Shown: piece after piece, positions 9,338 to 18,060 of the stretch
Numbering within the stretch: position 1 is the first letter of the stretch
Layout: each line of letters starts with the position of its first letter
Source of the DNA: a virus
Virus record (IMG/VR): IMGVR_UViG_3300036832_000855
Coordinates: 32,001 to 96,000 of that record
Strand: one strand, 5' to 3'
Length of the DNA stretch: 64,000 nt
Position numbers and translations under genes: made by a program
Notes under the pieces: generated by a model
Seen by the model: only the letters and a program-made list of their open reading frames with translations
What the model was told of the DNA's origin: nothing
The model's database searches: none

Positions 9338-10069
9338 CTACTCGTCGCCGCCCTCGTCGGCGTCGCTGCCGCTGCCGTTTTCCTTCCCGGCCTCGATCGA
9401 GCGCTTGATCCTGTCGGTCCCAGCCTTCAGCCCGTCCTGGGCCTCGTTCTTGAACTCGTTGAGGAACGCAGTGCCGTGCTCGGGCACGCGGCCGACGGCC
9501 AGCTCCATCATGACCGAGTGCTTGGTCATCGCGGCCTTGATCTTCTTCCGCTGAGGTGCGGAGAAGTCCTCCAACAGTGACCGCTTGTTCCGGGTCACGT
9601 AGATCCCGGCCTCCTTGCGGGACACCTGTCGACGGCAAAGGATCCCCTCGCCGTTGAGTTGCGCCTGGACCGGGCCGTCCGGATCCATGTTGGTGAGGCG
9701 CCAGATATCCCCATCGAGGATGTCGTAGACGAGCCTCGCCACCGGCGGATCCGCCGTCTCGGCTGCTGCGGCCTTGCTGAGACCGAACAAGTCCCGGACC
9801 ATCGCTGAGCGGGTCCAGTACACCTTGTCGCGGTCTCCCGGGGTCACGACGACGCAGTTCTCCACGACGCCCGTGTAGATGCGAACCGCAAGCCCGTCGC
9901 GGTCCGGCTCCCCGTTGTCCAGGAGAAGCCCCTGATTGGCGTACGCCAGCAGGGCCTCCTTCTGGGCCAGCCCGTACAGCTCCTCCGCCGAGCGGAGATC
10001 GGGCTGGTCTTGAGACTCGTCCTGAGCCTCGCCCTCGGGCTCCTCCGGAGCCCCCTGTTGTGAGTCCAT
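9338..10069 (-). CDS. Hypothetical protein
   Basis: ATG after AAAGGGG; divergent from the repressor. Confidence 0.7.
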   Translation of the reverse strand: MDSQQGAPEEPEGEAQDESQDQPDLRSAEELYGLAQKEALLAYANQGLLLDNGEPDRDGLAVRIYTGVVENCVVVTPGDRDKVYWTRSAMVRDLFGLSKAAAAETADPPVARLVYDILDGDIWRLTNMDPDGPVQAQLNGEGILCRRQVSRKEAGIYVTRNKRSLLEDFSAPQRKKIKAAMTKHSVMMELAVGRVPEHGTAFLNEFKNEAQDGLKAGTDRIKRSIEAGKENGSGSDADEGGDE

Positions 10070-10214
10070 TTGGACCCCTTTCACCTAAGGCCTGCGGGAG
10101 GCGCCCTCGCATTTGAGGGCGGCCCCCGGCGGCGTTTCGACACATCGTAGCGCATCGTGTCAAGCCCTGCCGCCGCCATAGCGCCTCAAGGCCACCGCGG
10201 GTATCCTACCGGCA

Positions 10215-10469
10215 ATGAGCGCAGTGTCCGGTCGCCCCAACGCCGACCTTCTCCAAGCGAGGGTCGCCGCCAACATCCGCCTCGCGCGAGATCGTCTCAA
10301 GCTGAGCCAGCGCCAGTTCGCGCGCTTGCTCGACATCGACCCGATCCAGGTCAGCCGGTGGGAGCGCGGACTCAACACCCCGAACACGGCCAACATCATC
10401 GCGATCGCCGCTGCGGTCGACGTCGACCCGGCCTGGTTCTACGCCGAGCACGACACCGACGTCACCTAG
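10215..10469 (+). CDS. XRE/cI-like HTH transcriptional regulator (leaderless)
   Basis: IRLARDRLKLSQRQFARLLDIDPIQVSRWERGLNTP; TAGCGC-N17-TATCCT ends 7 nt before ATG. Confidence 0.88.
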   Translation: MSAVSGRPNADLLQARVAANIRLARDRLKLSQRQFARLLDIDPIQVSRWERGLNTPNTANIIAIAAAVDVDPAWFYAEHDTDVT

Positions 10470-10510
10470 CGCACAACGCGTGCTATCCTCAGTCGAAATC
10501 GACCGAGGAG
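10469..10510 (+). promoter_or_regulatory. Cassette: GCGCAC-AAC-GCGTGC, -10 TATCCT, GACCGAGGAG
   Basis: Same arrangement as the other cassettes. Confidence 0.65.
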
Positions 10511-10515
10511 TACCG

Positions 10516-10800
10516 ATGGATAAGCAGTCACCGCGCCAGCGCAACCACCGCCTGGTCACCCACAACGTCCCGCTGACCTGGCAGGGGCCAGGCGACGTCC
10601 ACGACACCATGGAGCGCGACATCTGGCGCGAGCTGGGCAAGGCGATCATCGACGTAGACGAACAGCTTGCGGAGCTGGCCGGATGGCACAGCACCGAGGT
10701 GAGCCGACTCATCCGGAAGGTGAACCGGCTGCGCGAGATGGCCGACAAGGCGTACGAGTGGCACGCGGGAAGGCCCGTACCGACCAAGGAGGCGTCGTGA
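10516..10800 (+). CDS. Hypothetical protein
   Basis: ATG 5 nt after GACCGAGGAG. Confidence 0.7.
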   Translation: MDKQSPRQRNHRLVTHNVPLTWQGPGDVHDTMERDIWRELGKAIIDVDEQLAELAGWHSTEVSRLIRKVNRLREMADKAYEWHAGRPVPTKEAS

Positions 10801-10994
10801 CCGTCAACGCATCGAGCAGCCATGGCGACCGCTGGGTCGAAGTCGAGACTGAGGACCAGTGGGTGTATCTCCGGATCTACAAGAACGCAGATGACCGCGA
10901 ATACGAGCTGATCTTCGATACGACGCAGGCGCTCGCCCTGAGTGCCGAGCTGGACCTGGTGATCGCGGCGGCCGCGCCCGAGGAGCACCAATGA
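10797..10994 (+). CDS. Hypothetical protein
   Basis: GTGA coupling; CCGACCAAGGAGG upstream. Confidence 0.6.
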   Translation: MTVNASSSHGDRWVEVETEDQWVYLRIYKNADDREYELIFDTTQALALSAELDLVIAAAAPEEHQ

Positions 10995-12031
10995 CGAGCA
11001 GGCTCACGTCGTACAGCAGCGACAACGGGATGCGGAAGGCTGCGCGCGAGCGCGGCCTGGGCGTCAAGAAGGAGCGCGACTCGCAGTACCAGGCCGGGGC
11101 GTGGGACGTCCGCCACGTGTGCAGCAGAGAGCGCCTGCTGCGCGGATCACGCGACGAAGCGGCAGCGTTCATCGCCGCCTACGACCCGGGCAAGGAGCGC
11201 CTCGGGATCATCGGGGCGATCCCGAAGCTCGTGGTCTTCGCCCCAATGGTCGACTGGCCCGGCGTACGCGACGAGGACAGCGGATTCGAGTACGCCTGGG
11301 AGAACCTGGAACGCGTACAGAAGCTGCTCGCCGACTTCGAGCCGGGATCGCACTGGGTGCGTCCCGAAGCACCACCAGAGCCAGGGCTCGGAGAGGCGCT
11401 CCTCGGGTGGCGCGGCGGGGTCCTGGAGACGATCAACATGCGCCGCGACCTCACGAACCTATACCTGACCGACCTCTCGCCGCTCAAGGCGATCGAAGAC
11501 GAGGGCGAGCGACGTCGCGCGGCCACGGAAGCCGGGCGCCTGCGAGCGCTCATCGACTACGTGCTGGAGCGCCGGGCAACCTGGCCCGAGATCGCCGCCG
11601 AGGAGAAGGCGATCCTGCTCGAAGCCGAAGCGATCGCCTCGATGCGCTCAGACCACGGCCGCCACGGCGACGCCGCCGAGAACCGCGTCTTCCGGCTCAC
11701 CAAGGCCGACGAGCGCGAGGTCAAGCTGAACGAGCGCCGAGCCGCGCTCGACAAGCGGCTCGGGATCGACACGGTGCGCCGCTACTGGTGGCCGCCGATC
11801 CGCGAAGCGCGCGAAGGCATCGAGAAGCTGCAAGCCGAGATCGTCGCCGGTCACCACGTCGAGAACCTCCCCCGGATCCACGAGCGCCTCGAAGAGCTGG
11901 CGAAGCTGATCTCGTACACCGACCGGCTCGCGCAATCCGCCGACCTGCGCGAACGCGCACGCAAGATCCGCCAGTCCAAGGGCGACAAGCAAGGACTCGC
12001 CGAACCCCAATCCGCAGAGGAACAGTCATGA
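10991..12031 (+). CDS. Hypothetical helical protein
   Basis: 346-aa ORF, ATGA-coupled. Confidence 0.7.
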   Translation: MTSRLTSYSSDNGMRKAARERGLGVKKERDSQYQAGAWDVRHVCSRERLLRGSRDEAAAFIAAYDPGKERLGIIGAIPKLVVFAPMVDWPGVRDEDSGFEYAWENLERVQKLLADFEPGSHWVRPEAPPEPGLGEALLGWRGGVLETINMRRDLTNLYLTDLSPLKAIEDEGERRRAATEAGRLRALIDYVLERRATWPEIAAEEKAILLEAEAIASMRSDHGRHGDAAENRVFRLTKADEREVKLNERRAALDKRLGIDTVRRYWWPPIREAREGIEKLQAEIVAGHHVENLPRIHERLEELAKLISYTDRLAQSADLRERARKIRQSKGDKQGLAEPQSAEEQS

Positions 12032-12230
12032 CCAACCCAGACCCGTGGGTGCTGATGGAGGACAACAATCCCGACGCCCGCATCCACCTCTACCACCACC
12101 CTGCAACTGGATCCAGCGCGTGCAACTCAACGAGCCGGTGAGCAAGCGCCGCCTGTCCGAATGCGCCGGGCACCCCTGGTGCCACCGCTGTCAGGAACTC
12201 CCGATGTTCGCGCACATGCCACAGCCCTGA
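12028..12230 (+). pseudogene. Apparently frameshifted small zinc-finger gene
   Basis: MTNPDPW...HLYHHPATGSSAC in one frame continues as LNEPVSKRRLSECAGHPWCHRCQ in another near 12125. Confidence 0.35.
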
Positions 12231-12235
12231 GGCCA

Positions 12236-12676
12236 TCAGGCCAGGTCGCGCCGTTCGTACAGGCAGAGCTTCCCGTACTTCCACGCGAGCCTTCGGCCCT
12301 TGATCAGCCTCTCCGCTCGCGCCCACGCCTGCGCACGCGGCGCCTGAATCTGCCGCTGGATGTCACGCCAACGGATCAGACCCGAATCCTGCACGATGGC
12401 CAGAATCCCCTGGTCGATCTCCCGCCGCCGCTCGCCACGACTCCGGGGAGCAACACGCGGCTGGTGGTAGCGCCGGTGGCACGGCCCGCACAGCACCGTC
12501 AGGTCCCCCGGCAGCTCACGGCCCACGCGCTCGTAGGTGCGGTGGTGGACGTGCAGCACCGGCGCGGCCACGTTGCAGAGCTGACAGCGTCCGCCCGCCC
12601 GCTCGATCGCCTCCTCGCGCTTCGCTCGCCAGGCGGCGCTCTCTAGATACTCCCGATACGCCTTACCTCTCTTCAT
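12236..12676 (-). CDS. HNH endonuclease with C-terminal wHTH-like tail
   Basis: YLESAAWRAKR...CQLC...HVHHRTYE...LCGPCHRRYH; SD GAGGAGG. Confidence 0.85.
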   Translation of the reverse strand: MKRGKAYREYLESAAWRAKREEAIERAGGRCQLCNVAAPVLHVHHRTYERVGRELPGDLTVLCGPCHRRYHQPRVAPRSRGERRREIDQGILAIVQDSGLIRWRDIQRQIQAPRAQAWARAERLIKGRRLAWKYGKLCLYERRDLA

Positions 12677-12990
12677 GGGCCTGCCTCCTCTATCCGAGGG
12701 AGAGTTCGGAGCAGGGCTGGGCTCTAGTCGCGGCCAGAAACCGCAACCGGCCTTCCATCCGATGGAGCCGTCCGTCGACATGGGAGGGCCAATCGAGCTA
12801 GGCGGCTGGTGGGTAGTCCCGCCCTGCGCTCTCCTGAGTTAGTCCCCCTCGGCGCGACCCGAGAGGCCACCAGTCCCCCTTGCTGTCGCCCTGAGGGGGT
12901 ATGGGCGTCCGCGCCCGGGCCTACACTGGAGCCTCTTCTTGGTGGAAGACCTTGGGCCCCGGTTGGCGCCGGGGCTCGCCTATTTCAGGG

Positions 12991-14805
12991 CTAGTCACCG
13001 GCGGTCAGCAGCTCATCTTGCAAGCGGTAGATGTTGTCGGCCTTCCGGCGCGCCTGCTCCTTGTAGATCCCGTAGCCGCCGAGCTTCTTGAGCGTGTTCT
13101 CCAGGGCGCCCGCGGTGACGTCGTGGCCCGCACGGTGCAGCGCGTTCTTGATCTGCCCGTACGTCGCGAACCCGCCGGACGAGTCGCGGATCAGCTCGTA
13201 CACGAACTGGCGCCGATCGAAGCTCGGGGTCGGCTCGATGTCGACCAGTTTCTCCGACTGCGTCTCGGGCTGGAGTGCGTAGCCGGTGATCCGGCTGAAG
13301 TTCACGTTCCAGTGCGAGCCGACGGGCCGGTGGCCCTGCTCGGCGACCTCGCCTTCGCGGTCCTTCCACAGGTGCAGCCACGATCGGCTCTGCGACTTGC
13401 GCTCGATCCCGAGCAGCATCTCGGCGCCCCACTGCCAGGCGGATGAGCCGAACAGGTCGTGGACCGTGAGCGGCTGATCGTCGCGCGCCTTGCGGCAGTG
13501 CATCGGCAGCAGCAGGCTGAAGCCGTAGCGCTCGCGCCAGTCGTCGAACCGGCGCATCAACTCGACGGCCGCTTGCGTGTCGTTCGGGTCGCCGCGCGTG
13601 AGCTTGTACAGCGGGTCGAGCGCGACGATGTCGTAGTGCCCGTCGTAGAAGATCCGCTCCATCCGCTCGATCGCCTCCTTGTCCGAGTCGAGCGCGAGCC
13701 CGTCCGGCACCTGGAGGTACTTGACGCGGTCGCTGTCCTGTAGGCCGACCTCGCGGATCCGGCGCTTGACGGTCCGGCGGCCCTGCTCGACGTCGACCAC
13801 GAGCGCACGGAGATCGCCGCGGCCCTCCCAGTTCAGGAACGGTCGGCCGTAGCAGGCGGCGGCCGTCATGTGCAGCACAAACGTCGTCTTGCCGTGGCCG
13901 GTCCAGCCTCCGACCACGATCCGGTGGCCCTTGTAGATCAGCGGGCCGAGCAGATAGCCCTCGGTGTCGGGGTCGGGGAGCTGCATGAACTCGCGGGCGC
14001 TCAGCACCTGCATGCGCTCGGGCTCGACCACGACCTGGTTGTCCGGGTCGACGTCGACCAGGGTCTTGAGTCCGTACCCAGCGGCGACGTGGTCGGTGAC
14101 GTCCTTGCCGACGGCGGGCTGGCGCACGATCACCTTGGCGGCGACACCCTTGAGCGCCTGGTAGACAGCGTGCGCGTGCTCCTGGCCGGGCCGGTGGCCG
14201 GTCTTCGGGTCGACCGGGTCGACGTCCTGGATGATCAGCACGTTGGCGCCGCGGAGCGTCTCGGTGTACTCGTCCCGCCACTTCCCGGCGCCGCCGGGGC
14301 AGGTCGTCGCCACCTTGCCCTTGCCCTCCAGGGTGTGGACATCCCTCTCGCCCTCGACGAGGCAGACCAGCTCACGGGCCTTGACCGCCTCGATCACCTT
14401 CGGCAGCCGGTAGAGGACGCGCCGGACGTCCTGGATCCCCCACTCGCCGTTCGGTCGGCGCTGGCGGAAGTCCTTCGGGCTGAAGCGGACCACCTGGAAC
14501 AGCGGCTTGCCGTCCTCGTCGGTGTAGTCGTAGCTCGCGACCTCGACCCGGTCGGTCGGCTGCTCCTCCAGCTCGAACAGCTCGCGGACGTCGAGGCCGA
14601 GCGCACGGGCGAGCTGGTCAAGCGTGCATCCGGCGTGGCAGAACACGAGCGCCCGGCCGTCGTCGCCCTGGTCGAGCTTGAAGCTCGGGTCGCGGTCGTC
14701 ATGCGCCGGGCACTTGGCCGTCCAGCCGTGCTGCTCGCTGCCGCGGGCGTTGCAGTCGAGCGCCCACAGTCGGGACAGCACCTTCTCTACCGCCTCAGAC
14801 GGCAT
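12991..14805 (-). CDS. DNA primase-helicase (zinc-binding + TOPRIM + RepA/AAA_25 helicase)
   Basis: KCPAHDDRDPS...CHAGC; LVEGERDV; GWTGHGKTT; VALDP; GSSAW. Confidence 0.88.
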   Translation of the reverse strand: MPSEAVEKVLSRLWALDCNARGSEQHGWTAKCPAHDDRDPSFKLDQGDDGRALVFCHAGCTLDQLARALGLDVRELFELEEQPTDRVEVASYDYTDEDGKPLFQVVRFSPKDFRQRRPNGEWGIQDVRRVLYRLPKVIEAVKARELVCLVEGERDVHTLEGKGKVATTCPGGAGKWRDEYTETLRGANVLIIQDVDPVDPKTGHRPGQEHAHAVYQALKGVAAKVIVRQPAVGKDVTDHVAAGYGLKTLVDVDPDNQVVVEPERMQVLSAREFMQLPDPDTEGYLLGPLIYKGHRIVVGGWTGHGKTTFVLHMTAAACYGRPFLNWEGRGDLRALVVDVEQGRRTVKRRIREVGLQDSDRVKYLQVPDGLALDSDKEAIERMERIFYDGHYDIVALDPLYKLTRGDPNDTQAAVELMRRFDDWRERYGFSLLLPMHCRKARDDQPLTVHDLFGSSAWQWGAEMLLGIERKSQSRSWLHLWKDREGEVAEQGHRPVGSHWNVNFSRITGYALQPETQSEKLVDIEPTPSFDRRQFVYELIRDSSGGFATYGQIKNALHRAGHDVTAGALENTLKKLGGYGIYKEQARRKADNIYRLQDELLTAGD

Positions 14806-14834
14806 GAGACCTCCACGCGGACGGACGAGACCGA

Positions 14835-14849
14835 GCACACGATGTGCGC
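14835..14849. promoter_or_regulatory. Palindrome GCACAC-GAT-GTGCGC upstream of primase-helicase
   Basis: Matches the consensus; candidate - strand -10 TAACGT ~20 nt upstream. Confidence 0.6.
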
Positions 14850-14923
14850 TCCGATCGGCAGACGGCTCACGTTACACGCGGCCACGGGCCGAGGCAAGCC
14901 GAAAGATGCCGCAGTTTGCGGGT

Positions 14924-15268
14924 TCAGTCCAGCGGAGCGGCTGACAAGACCTGCGCGAAGTGTCGGCGCTCGGTGCCGACGCGGAACCCTCGATCCTTGA
15001 TCGGCGGGAACGCCACGTACTCGACCTCCAGCTCCAGCACTACCTTGATCCGGTCGCCCTCAGCGAACTGCCCCTGCACCGCCATCGGCGGCACCGGCGC
15101 CAGCTTCAACGTCGAGTCCGACAGGTCGTATTCCGAGCCCAGGTCGAAACTGAGCTGCTCCGCCGTGCCCACGATCGGGGAACCCAGCACCGCCACGTCC
15201 ATGTCTTCCAGCGACTCTTTCTCGCCCTGCTCGTCGACTACCTGGCCGTTGCTTTGCTGCTTCGCCAT
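14924..15268 (-). CDS. Hypothetical protein
   Basis: ATG after AAGGAG. Confidence 0.65.
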   Translation of the reverse strand: MAKQQSNGQVVDEQGEKESLEDMDVAVLGSPIVGTAEQLSFDLGSEYDLSDSTLKLAPVPPMAVQGQFAEGDRIKVVLELEVEYVAFPPIKDRGFRVGTERRHFAQVLSAAPLD

Positions 15269-15635
15269 CGTGTTCTCCTTGGGGATCAGGGTGCGGTGTG
15301 TGTCCCGTCGATGGCGCCGGGTAGTAGCGAGCGATCCACCAGTCGAGCCCCAGCTCGTTGATGAACTCCCAGTTCTCCGCGGTGAGCAACGTGCGTGGCA
15401 TACGCCGGAAAGCGCTCGTGTGCCGCGCGTGGCATCGCTCACAAAGTGCGATACCGCTGCGGGGATCCCAGACGAGGGTGCCGGGATCTAGACGGCGCTC
15501 GCGCTCGACGCGCTCAAGCCTCGCCTGCGTGATCACGTGATGACCCTGGACGCGCACTCTCCCCTTGCACACGACGCAGGGTTTGGGGGGTCGGCCGACT
15601 ACCTTCCGGTGCCACGCCCGAGCCGGATCTTTCAT
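15060..15635 (-). CDS. HNH-like zinc-binding protein
   Basis: CVVC...GHHVI...LCERCHARH; C-terminal tail overlaps next gene. Confidence 0.6.
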   Translation of the reverse strand: MKDPARAWHRKVVGRPPKPCVVCKGRVRVQGHHVITQARLERVERERRLDPGTLVWDPRSGIALCERCHARHTSAFRRMPRTLLTAENWEFINELGLDWWIARYYPAPSTGHTPHPDPQGEHDGEAAKQRPGSRRAGRERVAGRHGRGGAGFPDRGHGGAAQFRPGLGIRPVGLDVEAGAGAADGGAGAVR

Positions 15636-15762
15636 GGAGCGGGCGAGGACGGTCGGGACACGGACGGCACTCTACGCTCGATCTGAGACGTGTTGGTACT
15701 TCGATTCAGATGACGTCCGATCCACCTGCTTGCATCCCTCCTCCCGACCGAGGAGACACCAC

Positions 15763-16971
15763 GTGACGATCGCGCGTACGCCTTACCCCAGGGCGCTGGA
15801 GGAGTTTCCGGCTGTCCGCCAGAGCACCCTGTCGGACTTCGACGAGTGCGGCCTGGAGAGCCTGTTCGAGCGCCGCTACCGCAAGTCGTTCTCGGACGCG
15901 GCGTCCGGACGCGGGATCATCTGGCACCGGGCGGCGGCGAAGATGCTGCGCGAGATGGCCGCCCAGGGCGAGGAGCGCCTGGAGGTCGACGTCGGCCTCG
16001 CGATCATGCTGGAGACGCTGAGGCAGACCGACGTGCCGATCGAGGAGATGGTCACCTGCCCGATGAAGGAGATCCACGACCTGCTGTGGATGACGAAGAA
16101 GTTCTGCTCGGAGAAGACCTGGTCGATCGAGCGGCTCGTGTCGGTCGAGGAGCGCCTGGCGGCGACGCTGTACTACCCGAACCCGTACGGGGGGCAGGTT
16201 GAGCGGATCTTCTCCGGACAGCTCGACGCACTGTTCGCGGAGGGCGAGAACCTGGAGCGCGGGATCGTGGTGGACTGGAAAACTGGCTGGTGGCTGCCGC
16301 CGCCGTCGGAGATCTCCGAGGCGGGCTTCTTCCAGCAGCGCTCGTACGCGCTGCTCGGCTTCCGCAACCACTCGCCGTTCACGTCGATCACGTTGTACGA
16401 GTTCTACCCGCGCTACTCGCAGGCGCGCGAGGCGACGCTGTACCGCGACCAGCTCGACGAGATCGAGCTGACGATGTCCGCGCTGGTCGAGCGGTTCGAC
16501 CGGTCGGTGGAGGAGGACACGTGGCACGCGAGCCCCGGCAACCACTGCGGACACTGTCCGCGGCCGATGGCCTGCCCGATCTTCCCGAAGGCCCGGCGCC
16601 GGGGTGCGATCCGCTCCGCGGAGGAGGCAGAGCTGGCGGTCGAGCAGGTGCTGGTCGGCGAGAAGGCGATCGCCCAGAACAAGGAGGCCCTGAAGGCGTG
16701 GGCGCACGTTCACGGGCCGGTGCCCGTCCGCGACGCCAAGGCCAACCGGGTGTACGGCCACCGCGTACAGAAGCGTACGCGTCGGCCGACGAAGGAGGAG
16801 ACGGCGAACGCGCTGGCCCTCGGGCAGTCGCCCGAGGATCTCTACCGTGACGAGATCGGCACACGCTTCGACATCCACATCCCGAAGATCGAGCTGGAAC
16901 CAGAGCCGGACCTGGAGGAGCTGCTGCGGCAGTCCCTGGAGCTGGCAGAACAGAGGAGACGTAATGGCTGA
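15763..16971 (+). CDS. PD-(D/E)XK exonuclease (RecB/Cas4-like)
   Basis: GQLD...VVDWKTG...QQRSY...CGHCPRPMACP; GTG after CCCGACCGAGGAG. Confidence 0.85.
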   Translation: MTIARTPYPRALEEFPAVRQSTLSDFDECGLESLFERRYRKSFSDAASGRGIIWHRAAAKMLREMAAQGEERLEVDVGLAIMLETLRQTDVPIEEMVTCPMKEIHDLLWMTKKFCSEKTWSIERLVSVEERLAATLYYPNPYGGQVERIFSGQLDALFAEGENLERGIVVDWKTGWWLPPPSEISEAGFFQQRSYALLGFRNHSPFTSITLYEFYPRYSQAREATLYRDQLDEIELTMSALVERFDRSVEEDTWHASPGNHCGHCPRPMACPIFPKARRRGAIRSAEEAELAVEQVLVGEKAIAQNKEALKAWAHVHGPVPVRDAKANRVYGHRVQKRTRRPTKEETANALALGQSPEDLYRDEIGTRFDIHIPKIELEPEPDLEELLRQSLELAEQRRRNG

Positions 16972-17899
16972 GACCGAGGTAAGGCCAGAGCCCGAGAGCA
17001 AGATGGTGGTGCGGGCGGTGCCCACGCCGCTGACCAAACCGGCGCGGTTCGCGTTCGACAACGAGCAGCTCGCGCTGATGAAGCGGACCGTCGCCCGCGG
17101 CGCTGACGACAACGCGTTCCTGCTGTTCCTGGAGCTGATCGGCAGATACAAGCTCGACCCGTTCGCCGGGCACGCGTACCTGGCGAAGATGCCGGGGCAG
17201 GACGGCGAGCCGCCGACGTTCAAGACGATCATCGCTCGCGACGGGCTGCTGGCGATCGCCAACCGGTACGAGGACTTCGGCGGCCTCGAAGGCGACGTGA
17301 TCTACGCCACCGACACGATCGCCCGCACCAAGGACGGCTTCGTCCACCTGTACCCGGAGATCGCCGCCGCCGAGCGGCTGAAGCAGGACATCGTCGGCGC
17401 GTGGTGCCGGTGCTTCCGCGCGGGCCGGGTGCCCACGTTCTTCCTGGCGAAGTGGGCGAGCTACAACCGCCCGAACATGAAGCGCACCTGGGGCAAGTAC
17501 CCGGACGCGATGATCCTGAAGGTGGCCGAGTCGATGGCGCTGCGCAAGCAGTTCTCGATCACGGGCATGATCCCCGAGGACGAGATCGGTGCGCGCTACG
17601 ACGACAAGCTCGGCGGGATCGTCGAAGGGACCGCGACCGTGATCGAGCAGGAGCCCGACTGGGGCCCGGACGACGAGATCGCCCAGCAGCTTCAGGTCGC
17701 GTTCAGCGAGGCGAACCGGATCCGGCCGGGGAGCTTCCTGCCGCAGAAGGTCCGGCTGAAGCTCGCCGGGGCCGACCAGGCGACGCGCATGGGGATCCTC
17801 CAGGAGGTCACCGACTTCGTGCTGAAGCACGGCGGCTCGCTACCCATTGAGGGCGAAGCCGTCGAGGATGCCCCTGAGGGCGCAGGGGAAGCCGTCTGA
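16964..17899 (+). CDS. bet: Bet/RecT-family single-strand annealing recombinase
   Basis: LDPFAGHAY...IIARDGLLAIANR...GAWC...WGKYPDAMILKVAESMALRKQF. Confidence 0.88.
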   Translation: MAETEVRPEPESKMVVRAVPTPLTKPARFAFDNEQLALMKRTVARGADDNAFLLFLELIGRYKLDPFAGHAYLAKMPGQDGEPPTFKTIIARDGLLAIANRYEDFGGLEGDVIYATDTIARTKDGFVHLYPEIAAAERLKQDIVGAWCRCFRAGRVPTFFLAKWASYNRPNMKRTWGKYPDAMILKVAESMALRKQFSITGMIPEDEIGARYDDKLGGIVEGTATVIEQEPDWGPDDEIAQQLQVAFSEANRIRPGSFLPQKVRLKLAGADQATRMGILQEVTDFVLKHGGSLPIEGEAVEDAPEGAGEAV

Positions 17900-17937
17900 G
17901 CGCCTCCGAGCGCCTCCCCCTACCCACGGGTCACCCT

Positions 17938-18023
17938 GCAGAAACGGCCGCCTAAGGGCGGCCGTTTCGTGAGACGCGAGCGTTCAATCCCGACCGAGGA
18001 GTGAGGGCCGCTCGCGTTCTCGT
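17938..18023 (-). ncRNA. Candidate sRNA: stem-loop presenting CUCCUCGGUC, followed by terminator
   Basis: -10 TATCCT at 18033-18028; stem GAGA(A)CGCGAGCG/CGCUCGCGUCUC; loop antisense to the GACCGAGGAG motif. Confidence 0.55.
17941..17968. terminator. Bidirectional intrinsic terminator
   Basis: GAAACGGCCGCC-TAAG-GGCGGCCGTTTC between convergent bet and tail-fibre genes. Confidence 0.85.
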
Positions 18024-18060
18024 GCTCAGGATACACGAGACGCGCGCCGATTCGGCCGTT

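Noticed and set aside
15763-16971. Cas4 as evidence of CRISPR-Cas
   Set aside because: No array or other cas genes; pairing with Bet indicates a recombination exonuclease
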